Positions 54,156-64,000 of a DNA stretch of 64,000 nt are shown here, piece after piece. The notes under the pieces were generated by a model. It saw only the letters and a list, made by a program, of their open reading frames with translations. It ran no database searches and was not told the origin of the DNA. Location of the stretch: positions 176,392,001-176,456,000 of the forward strand of contig CM059425.1 of assembly GCA_030390025.1 (NCBI GenBank). The letters run 5' to 3'. This DNA comes from Squalus acanthias (Eukaryota). The position numbers and the translations under genes were made by a program. Numbering within the stretch: position 1 is the first letter of the stretch; each line of letters opens with the position of its first letter.

Positions 54156-54928
54156 GGGGGAAAAATTCAGCTGCTTGCGCCTCCCGTTAGCGCCTTAAGA
54201 GGGCGCTAATGGGGCGTAAAGCAGCTAACGCCCGGGCGCAGCGCCGCCCACGCCTCCCGAAAAATTCAGCGGGAGGTTAGCGGCGGCGGCAGCCGGTAGC
54301 GCCCTGTGGCGCTGCACCGCCGGCGATGACGTCATCGCCGTGCGCAGCACCCCGCTCGCGCCCCGGCCGTGATCTTCAGTCGCGCCCCCTGATTTACCGC
54401 CAGACGCTATGTCCGACGGGTTCAGGGAGGCGTATGTGCGGCCGGGGCGGCGATATTTAAAGGGGAGGTGGCAGGCGGCCATTTTTGTTGCTGGCCGCCT
54501 GCCAGCACCTGCCCCCGTTGCTGTCCCCGGCCCCCGTGAAGCCCCCCCACCGTGAAGTGCCGGCTGCGCTCCAAGAGCCCGGCACTTCTCTTGAGTGCCG
54601 GGCTCTTTTGCCGGCACTCCCGATCCCTGGGGGCCCAGCTGGGCCCCGGTTCGCGCTGCGCAGGGTCCCTCCCCTTTAAGAAGGGGAGGAAGGCCTGCAA
54701 TACCGCGGCGCGACGTGCCGCAGCGTGTGGCGCTGCGGCACGTAGCACCAGGATATTCCCTCGCAGCGCCCCAAGAGGGATGCGGGGTGCTTCCAGTGGT
54801 GCCCCGCTTCCCTCTTGGGGCGCAACCACTGAAGTTCCGGCGCGGGGCCGCTAATTTTTTCGGGGCGCTAAAAGTCGCGCCCCGGCGAGGTTAGCGCCCC
54901 AAATGGGGCGCGACTCAATTTTTACCCC
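54156..54928. mobile_element. 773-bp CpG-rich MITE, copy 3
   Basis: Same TIRs; TSD CAA; the uninterrupted site is visible in the opposite palindrome arm. Confidence 0.93.
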
Positions 54929-55262
54929 CAACAGTTTTATTTGAAATCACAAGCTTTCGGAGCTATCGATTGCTCCTTCCTCAGGTGAAGTAAATTAGAT
55001 ACAGAATCGCCAAAGCATATAGATAGAGAACAAAGCATGTGTACCTTACAATTGCAGACCACTAAATTAAATCATCCTGACTATCTGCCGAGGTGTGATA
55101 AAGTTAATCAAGTCAGCCAGGAAGGTTCCTGGCTGACTTGATTAACTTTATCACACCTCGGCAGATAGTCAGGATGATTTAATTTAGTGGTCTGCAATTG
55201 TAAGGTACACATGCTTTGTTCTCTATCTATATATGCTTTGGCGATTCTGTATCTAATTTACT

Positions 55263-55304
55263 TCACCTGAGGAAGGAGCAATCAATAGCTCCGAAAGCTT
55301 GTGA
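55263..55304 (+). ncRNA. Minimal type I hammerhead ribozyme motif
   Basis: TCAC-CTGAGGA-A-GGAGC(loop)GCTCC-GAAA-GCTT-GTGA; minus-strand copies at 54947-54988, 55676-55712, 16310-16345. Confidence 0.72.
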
Positions 55305-55411
55305 TTTCAAATAAAACTGTTGGACTATAACCTGGTGTTGTGCGACCTCTCAATTTTGTCCACCCCAGTCCAACACCGGCATCTCCGCATCATGACATCT
55401 ATCAGATCAGC

Positions 55412-56700
55412 ATGGGTGTCACTTATGCTTATGCTTGGACCTCAGATTCAGACCAAGCTGAGCCCCAATACCCAACAACACCAGCACCAGCATCCTTCTC
55501 CTCACCAACCTGATGCTCCACAGGCGAGAGGGGGGCACCTCAGGGCTGCAGCACGCTGGAGGCGATACCCCCAACACAGGGAATACATGATGTGGAGATG
55601 CCGGTGTTGGACTGGGGTGGACAAATGTGAGAAGTCGCACAACACCAGGTTATAGTCCAACAGCTTTATTTGAAATCACAAGCTTTCGGAGCGCTGCTCC
55701 TTCGTCAGGTGAAGGAGCGGCGCTCCGAAAGCTTGTGATTTCAAATAAAGCTGTTGGACTATAACCTGGTGTTGTGCGACTTCTCACAGGGAATACAGGC
55801 AGAGGATGAGCTTCCTGGACATAACTGAACAGCAGTGCTTCAGGAGGCTCAGGCTATCTCGTCAGGTCGTGACAGACATTTGTAGCTTGCTGGAAGAAGA
55901 CCTGCTGCCCAGAGGTCCTGGTGGACACGCCTTACCAGTGGCTGTCAAAGTCACCACCGCCCTCAACTTCTTCGTCGCAGGCTCCTTCCAGGGATCTGCA
56001 GCAGACATTTGCAGGATCTCACAGTCGGCCGCCCACAAATGCATCACACAGGTCACCGATGCCATGTTTCACAAATCAGCCATTATGTAAACTTTACCAC
56101 TGATGAAGCCAGTGTTACTGAGCGAGCACTCGGCTTTGTGGCTCTGGCTGGCTTCCCACAGGTGCAGGTGGCCATCAAGGCATCCCCACATCACCCAGGA
56201 GTGTTTGTGAATGCAAGGGCTGCCACTCCCTCAATGTGCAGCTCGTCTGCAACCGTAAAAAGATCATGCATGTGTGCGCCAGATTCCCAGAGAGTTGTCA
56301 TGACTCTTTCGCCCTGCTCCAGTCCACCTTCCCTCAGCTCTTTTCACCTCCAAACAAACTTACCGGCTGGCTGCTTGGAGACGAGGGCTATCCACTGAAG
56401 ACATGGCTGATGACATCCTTGAGGAGGCCAAGCAATGAGGTCGAGGAACGTTATAATGAGAGTCACATATAGGCCAGATGTGTCATAGATCAAGCAATCG
56501 GCATGCTGAAGATACACTTCAGATGCCTTGACAGATCTGGAGGAGCCCTTCAGTACGCACCAGCCAGGGTCTCTAGAATCATTGTCGTATGCTGCGCGCT
56601 GCACAACATAGCGCAGCAGTGAGGATTGGAGCTGCAGAAGGAGTAAGGCGCAGAGCGCACAGCCTCTTCGGAGGAGGAGGAGGATCAGGTGGAACACGGA
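55412..56700 (+). pseudogene. Harbinger transposase, disrupted
   Basis: [43 protein letters not shown]. Confidence 0.9.
55588..55784 (-). mobile_element. 197-bp fold-back Penelope-like pLTR insertion in the transposase
   Basis: 13-bp TSD cacagggaataca (55575, 55785); inverted arms around 55705-55710. Confidence 0.9.
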
Positions 56701-57033
56701 ACACCAACACCACAAAGCAGTCTTAAAATGACCAAACCATTCCTGTCAACCAAACACCTATTGCTCGAGGTTAAGTAATGTCTCACCATTTACTCCAAGT
56801 GACAAGGCCACTTCCCAGGTTTCAGGCAAAAATGGACAAGACAGGAATGTAGTGCAAAGAAATTAATTTATGTGCATCAGAAATAGAACTGAAACTTAAC
56901 ACTAACATTTTGGCAAACACCCATGTGCATACCCTTGTGCATCTACGATTGTGACTTTTTTTTTCTAGTTGCTTCCACGAGGTGCAACCCCTGTGGCTTC
57001 AGCAGAGGTAGAGGCAGGCTGCTCACTCACCTT

Positions 57034-60000
57034 CTATGACTGTTTCGACATTTTTGGTGGATGTCCTCTGGGTTTTAGGGCCTGTGAGGGCCCCGCCAAA
57101 GACTGGTCCTCCTGCAACTGTGCAGGGGCAGACTCGGCCATCGGGATCCAAGGCAGCATGTGGGACTCTGACTGAGGGGGTGGCAAGGGGGGAGAAGTGG
57201 GAGTGCTTTGAGAGGAGCCCCCACTTCCATGTCCCCTCTCACCATCATCCCTCTCATGGGCCACCTGCATTTCCCTGCTAGCGAGGAGCTGGAGAGCACC
57301 TTGCTGCACAGCAGTGGGACGATGAATACCCAAGTCTATGTTGGTATCCCTCCTAGAGATGAGGTCAATGATAGTCTGCAATCTGTTGTTCACACCAAGC
57401 ATGTTCTCGTTCGACTGGCGCATTAGCTGCTCCATGCAGGCGCCCATCCTTTCCATGGACCAGCACATCGTCGCCATCTCCTGCAACATGGTGCTGCTCA
57501 TGTTGGAGATGGACTCCTCCATTCTCTGTACAATCACACACATCGCGCTGGAAAAGCTACCAGAGCTTCACGCATTTGTTGCTGCTCCTCCAAGATCAAG
57601 TATATCAAGAGGAAAAGACTGGTGAAAACCAAAGTTGGTCCATTGCAGTCAGATACGGGGAATATATAACGGGAAATAAGGAAATGGCAGACCAAATAAA
57701 TGCATACTTTGGGTCAGTCTTTACGAAGGAAGACACAAAAAACCTCCCTGGGATATCGGGAAAAATAGGGACATTGGCAAAGGAGGAACTGACGCAAATC
57801 AATATCTCTAAGGATATGGTGTTAAGGAAGCTAAAGGGATTGAAGGCGGACAAATCCCCAGGGCCTGATAACATGCATCCTAGGGTACTGAAGGAGGTGG
57901 CCCTAGAGATAGCGGATGCACTAAGTATGATTTTTCAGAATTCATTAGACTCGGGAACAGTGCCCATGGATTGGAGGGTAGCTAACGTTACCCCACTATT
58001 CAAAAAGGGGGGTAGGGAAAAAGCAGGTAATTACAGACCTGTAAGCCTTACATCAGTTGTGGGCAAAATGCTGGAGTCCATCATTAAGGATGAAATAGCG
58101 AAGCACTTAGCAAATGGGGACAGGATAGGACAGAGTCAACATGGATTTACAAAGGGTAAATCGTGCTTGACTAATCTATTGGAATTTTTTGAGGGAGTAA
58201 CTGGTAAAATAGATGAGGGAGAGCCAGTAGATGTGGTGTACCTGGACTTCCAAAAGGCCTTCGACAAGGTCCCACATAAAAGATTAGCATGGAAAATTGA
58301 AGCTCATGGGATAAAGGGGAAAGTATTGACGTGGATAGAGAACTGGCTGTCAGATAGAAAACAGAGAGTTGGAATAAACGGCTCATTTTCTGAATGGCAG
58401 GCAGTAACAAGTGGGGTACCACAGGGATCTGTCCTGGGTCCCCAGCTGTTCACAATTTACATTAATGACCTGGATCAGGGAGTCGGATGCAGCATTTCCA
58501 AATTTGCAGACGACACTAAACTAGGAGGGGGGGTGGGCTCAGAGGAGGAGACCAGGAAGCTCCAGAGCGATTTGGACAGACTGGGTGATTGGGCGGATAA
58601 ATGGCAGATGCACTATAATGTGGACAAGTGCGAAGTTATCCACCTTGGGTGCAGGAACGGGAGGGCAAATTATTATTTAAATGGCAATAAATTGGGAGAG
58701 GGGGAAGTACAGAGAGACCTGGGTGTTCTTGTACACCAGTCACTGAAGGCGAGCATGCAGGTGCAACAGGCGGTCAAGAAGGCAAACGGTATGCTGGCCT
58801 TCATAGCAAAAGGGTTGGAATACAGGAACAGGGATACCTTGCTGCAGCTGTACAGGGCACTGGTGAGACCACACCTCGAGTACTGTGTACAGTTTTGGTC
58901 GCCTCATCTGAGGAAAGATGTTCTTGCCATGGAGGGGGTGCAGCGGCGATTCACCAGGCTGATACCAGGAATGGCGGGATTGACCTATGAGGAGAGACTA
59001 TGTAGTTTAGGGATGTACACACTGGAGTTTAGAAGATTGAGAGGGGACCTCATAGAAGTGTATAAAATTCTGACAGGTCTAGACAGACTAGATGCAGAAG
59101 GAATGTTTCCCTTGGCGGGTGAGAACAGAACTAGAGGACATAATTTAAGGATAAGGGCTAAACCATTTAGGACAGAAATGAGGGGGAATTTCTTCACTCA
59201 GAGGGTGGTGAACCTGTGGAACTCATTGCCACAGAGGGCAGTGTACGCCAGCTCATTAAATATATTTAAGAGGGAATTAGATATATTTCTACAGGCAAAA
59301 GGGGTTAAGGGTTACGGAGAGAAGGCGGGGACGGGATACTGAATTGGAGGATCAGCCATGATCTCATTAAATGGCGGAGCAGGCTCGAAGGGCCGGATGG
59401 CCTACTCCTGCTCCTATCTTCTATGTATATGTATCTATGTATCTATGTATCACCCTCTTTGTCGACGGCCCCCGAGGTTCAGTATCTGCATCCAGCTGAG
59501 CAGAGCTTGGATCGTCCTGCACCCTCCAATGAGGACTCTCCACTGCCGTCCCTGTCTCCACCATCTGCTCTTGCTCACTTGTGACGTGTGAGACACCAGG
59601 TGACAACACTACTCTATGACTCACAGGACCCACCGAGGTGTGCATATCTGCGCTGGTGCTGGGTGCATGTGGGTCTGCTGACTGTGCACCCTCAGGAATG
59701 GAGCTTCCTCTGAGGAGTCATCTTCCTCCTCTGGCTGGACAGTGGGAAGGGGGCACTTGATGGGCCTGTGGGAGAGTAAAGACATGAATTAGACCTCTTA
59801 TGATAAGAATGTATAACGTTAACATTATGCACATGATGACATTTCACTGGCTGCTGACATCAGTCACCATGAGTGACTGTTGTATGCCATGTGGAGTATT
59901 TAATTCTGTCGCCAGGTTGCTGGGAGGTCCCCCTCTCTCCGTCTCCCACCGCCAGTAGCTCTGTAACTCCACTTATTTCGAGAGTCTCCTCGTCTGCTAG

Positions 60001-60657
60001 CGTCAAATTTGTTTATATTGGAGGGCCACCTCCAGTTCTCTCTCTTTCTCTCCTGTTCTGGGCTCTCTTCTCCTGCAAGGAGGGAAAGAAGAGAACTTTG
60101 AGTGAGAGTGAGGGAATGAGTGTAAGGAATGGATGGGCTACATCTATAGAGGGTGACTATGAGGGAGTGGCATGACATTGGCAAATGGCCTCCTTCTGTG
60201 GCGTTACTTTCTCTGATTCCATTAGGATGAGGGTGAGTGTCAGTGGTGGTTAGTCAGATAGGGATGTGAGTTGGTGTATAGACAGAGAGGGATGGGTGCA
60301 CCTGCAAGGTAGGTCGGTGTGAGGAGTGACGTGCAGGAGTAGGCTTGGGAAGGCAGAGTGCTGGGGTTAGGGTGACATGCACATCAGGATGTAGTTGAGT
60401 GTGGCATTGTACTCACCTTTCCTGACCTCATGAAATCATTAAATCTCTTGTGGCATTGAATCCAGGAGTGGCTGACAACACCCCTGCTGTTCACTTTCTT
60501 GGGCGATCTCCAGCCATGCCCTCTTGGTTTCAGTGGCTGCTCTTTTCCTGCTGCTGCCAGGGAGTAGGACCTCCCTGTGTGCTCTGACTCCCTGGACCAG
60601 GTCTTCGAGAGAGTCATCTGAGAACCTAGGCACAGCCTTCGGTCGCTGTGACTCCAT
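57034..60657 (-). pseudogene. Harbinger Myb/SANT-like gene, three exons, last exon split by a CR1
   Basis: MESQRPKAVPRFSDDSLEDLV..AWLEIA..WIQCHKRFNDF; donor after 60417, acceptors at 60072 and 59765; reading continues across the CR1 as TKRVI|LEEQQQMREAL. Confidence 0.8.
57599..59448 (+). mobile_element. Young 5'-truncated CR1 with uninterrupted RT and C-terminal region
   Basis: ORF open to 59342 with all RT motifs; (atctatgt)n tail; ATCA repeated at both junctions. Confidence 0.95.
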
Positions 60658-60974
60658 CCTTGCTTGCACCCTCACAAATCTCTGCGAAATATAGCAATAG
60701 CCACCTCTCTCAACCACCTGTCTGCCTCCTCTAACAACCTTCAACTGGGATGTGTGCAAGGCTCCTTTAAATATCTGAGCCGAAAGCGGGTCATCGGTGA
60801 CATCATCAGACCCGCTCCATTTAATTGGCCGGGAAACCCGCATGACTGTTTCAATTGATGTAATTGAGTTAAATGCGCAGTGCAGAACGCACTGTTGAAA
60901 ACTTCGAGATGGCAACCCGCTACGTGGCCCGCACGCACCCTGCCCCGACTCTCAGGTAAAGATTCCAGCCATGG

Positions 60975-62090
60975 TCTGTTGGATAAGACAATAAACCCAA
61001 AGCCCTGTCTGTCTGATCAGGTGGTAGAAACAACAACAGCTTGCATTTTATATAGTGTACCGCACAAAACAAGCGTGATGGAGCGGTTAGGTATGTAAAA
61101 GATCACTTGGTACTATTCAAAGTGCTCCTTGTATCCTGGCCAACATTTCTCTTTCAAGCAACACCAACAAAAACAGATTATCTGCTCATTTGCTGTTTAT
61201 GGGACTCTGCTGTGTGCATTTTTGGCTGCCTCTGTAAGATCAAGATCACAGGCTCACACAGATTACCCAACAGGGCTTTAGAAGTTGTAAGGCTTTTATT
61301 AAAGAGCTACAGTTTTAAAGCATAATCAGATATTACATATGGTTTAAGCTGAGTATAATAGACATACAACCCGTAACAGTAGAGAGCGATCTACGACTCC
61401 CGAATCGGAACGCCACGACCGGACGGACGGTTGGTTGGATGTCTGATGAGGCAGCGTGGAGAGGTCTTGGGTCAGCAAGTCTCTGTTGTCAGCAACAGCA
61501 GTCACCTCTGTTGATTGCGTCCCCCTGGCTGTTGGAGGTGTTAGGCATAAGCCAGCATTGATTTCCACCTCGAAGAAGCCTTCGCCCCTCGCTGTCTGAC
61601 TTCTGCTCTCAGCCCACTATCTTTATAGTTATTTCGGCGGGCCGTGATTTATTTAATGTCAATCACCTATATCCCAAGTGTGATGCGGGAAAACATCCCT
61701 CCCTGTTTCTCTCCTTAATGGCCGCCGAGGCCTTTTCTCTTATCTTTCTGAGGAACGTTTTGTTATGTTTTTTCAGGGACATTTTATGGTTTCGTGGCTC
61801 CTTATTGTCTAGCTAGTGCTATCCTCCTGTGTTTTCTTGCAATTTACGACCTTCTTATCATTTTGGTGTTTGTTAATTGACCTTGCTGACACTTCCCCCA
61901 TTTTGTTCCTGACTGCAGTTTTAATTTCTGTTCGAAGAGTCAAACTTCATCTATGAATCTAATAGCTATTTCTTACACCACATTTGTCTACATAACGGTG
62001 ACTACACATCAAAAATAATTAATTGGTTGTAATTGGTTTTGGGATATACAGAGGGCATGATGTAAGGTGCTATATAAATGCATGTTGGTT
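60975..62090 (+). mobile_element. Old DeuSINE split by a solo LTR
   Basis: ..gctgtgtgc..ttggctgcc | ccacatttg.ctacat..gtgactacac.. joins into the SINE sequence. Confidence 0.7.
61233..61977 (-). mobile_element. Solo LTR, 745 bp
   Basis: TGTAAGA...TCTTACA termini; flanks CCTC/CCAC; minus-strand TATAAA (61627-61622) upstream of AATAAA (61300-61295). Confidence 0.75.
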
Positions 62091-64000
62091 CTTTTTATTC
62101 TTCTTCACCTTCAGTGATTTTGGAATGTAAGTTGCATTTAGGTACAATAAATCTCAGCAATCAGAAGGCTATAAAGAATTTACCCTTAGAAAAATTAACC
62201 CTTTCAGTTTTATATAGCAGCTTCTTTAGAAAAAAATGCTATGTAGTGGTGTTAATAGGCATTGCTATGTACCTTAAAATAAACGGATTTAATTTAGACA
62301 GAGCACCTGTTTAGTAATATTCATTCTAGATGGTTATGTACAGCGGTATTAATGTGATGAGTATTCTGTAAAGCACAATTTCTCAGAAACCATCTCTCCA
62401 GAGATTTTAATTTGAAAAGAAAGATGGAAAGCTGGAAAAATGATGAAGCAAAATAATGAACTCGAACATCCCTCAGCGCTTAAACTGCTGCTTAGAGTAA
62501 AGCAAAACTGACACTCGACGAGACGGCGACTGAGGTCTCTATCTAGCCCATTTGGAGTTAGATATTCCAATGACATGGGCACACTGCATTATTTATCTCC
62601 TCACCAGAGTAAACGTTTTTATCTTTTTAAATTACTTTGAAACATGAGCACTGCTTGTTGCTTTATTTTACCCAGTTTCCCTGTCTTTCTGTATTGTACT
62701 TTGTAAAGGTAGTTACCGTTGTGCCTGTCATTTTCTCACTGAATGTCACTCACTCAGTGTATCTGTTAACTTTTTTTACTTCAAAGTTGTGGCTTTAACA
62801 TTAAACTCATTGAGGTGGAAATTCCTTTAGGAGCACGCACTCCAAGCAGGAGGCCCAAGACCAGTCTGAAATTGGCCCTTGGGCATTTAGGTGAGTTGTT
62901 GGCGCCTGTCACACCTCCACAGGCAGCTCACCCATTTTATAGAGATGGATCTTGGGCCGCTGTCCCTGCTCGCAGCTCATGTGCAAGGGGCCTAACACCT
63001 GTTTTAGGTGGCCACTTTGGACGCCTGAAAAATGGCTCGACCGAAAATTAGATCAGATGTCTCTCAGGCGACTTTGGCACGTATGACTTTAGTCCCCAAA
63101 ATTAACCCTTGTGCCTATTTTACACTAATAAAAGTGGCTCAACTAGGTTCAATTTCTACGTGTGCCGAAATTATTCATTTTCATATCAAATAGTTCTTTG
63201 AAGTTCTTGAATGGCAGTATTTATTTTCATACTCATAAACTTTTTGATTATATTTATAGGCAATGGTTTTCTTTTTATGTATAGAGTACGTAGTATGTGA
63301 TATTATTTTTGTCCTGAATAACTCAACAGCCTACCGCCAGTTAGAAAATCACAAGTCTCTTATATCTGGTCAGGCCCACTGGACTTTGCTGTTTACAGCA
63401 CGGAACCAGACAATATTGATCAGATAAAAGGAAAGCTGTCAATACTGGCGATCTGAAATGATAAAGGAAATGCTGGAAATACACAGCACACCAGGCAGCA
63501 TCTGGAAGGAAAAGATAAACTAACATTTTAGTGAAACATTTTAGGTCTCACCAGAAACATTAACCCATCCTTCTCTTCCAGGAAGGAAGATTACTATGGT
63601 CACTAATTTTCAGCAACATTGTAAATATATCGAGAAGGTTTCCTCTGAATGTTTCTCGTGATTTCATAAACAAGTTCTTTTGGAATGGTTTTACAATTTT
63701 GCTAAAAATAGCAAATATAAGAGCCTAAAAATTTGTTCGGGCCATTTGCATTTTACAGGCATAAAACGGGTGCTAAATTGTCTAATATGGGCACGCACAT
63801 TCTGCTTCTGAAGTGCGCTGCCCGCCATATTGGTAAAGGCGTCCAGGGCCCACGCCAGAAACAGGCGTTAGGTCCCATATTTGCATATGCTAACCACCTA
63901 ACACCTGTTTGAGGCCCTCTTTCCAAAATTTGTTTGCGACTGACTGCAGCATGTGTTGTACATTCTGCGACCAGTATTCTCAGGCGCTTGGCAGCAAAAC

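Larger units (their letters stand above)
54119..55395 (+). mobile_element. Fold-back Penelope-like pLTR insertion with a MITE in its left arm
   Basis: 14-bp TSD catctatcagatca (54105, 55396); ~230-bp inverted arms centred at 55124-55125. Confidence 0.9.
53790..60970. mobile_element. Two-gene Harbinger transposon carrying four nested insertions; left TIR not found
   Basis: Transposase on plus, spliced Myb-like gene on minus; candidate right end aaagattccagcc. Confidence 0.8.

Noticed and set aside
60417..60657. Host NAIF1/MSANTD gene
   Set aside because: Frameshifted and paired with a transposase inside a transposon.

Overview
Vertebrate genomic DNA, most likely a shark (inferred from an HE1/V-SINE, SacSINE1-type DeuSINEs and shark-style CR1/L2). 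The only host coding sequence I can support is one 419-bp internal exon of KCNN2 (SK2 channel; 36430-36848, +), so the rest is probably intron. The remainder is densely nested transposable elements: CR1, L2 and a second CR1-group LINE, several SINEs including an LF-SINE-like copy, a solo LTR, a 35-bp G-rich minisatellite, and many PIF/Harbinger elements (two-gene copies, deletion derivatives, and MITEs with 3-bp TSDs). Most notable: (i) short fold-back Penelope-like insertions with 13-14 bp TSDs carrying hammerhead-ribozyme motifs with covarying stems, all three copies of that family in or abutting Harbinger sequence; (ii) a 2280-bp tandem duplication starting exactly at a MITE terminus, with mismatched TSDs; (iii) a CRE/YY1 promoter-like module shared by the CpG-rich MITE and the Harbinger Myb-like gene upstream regions. 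Family names come from recall, not searches; boundaries of degenerate repeats are approximate.
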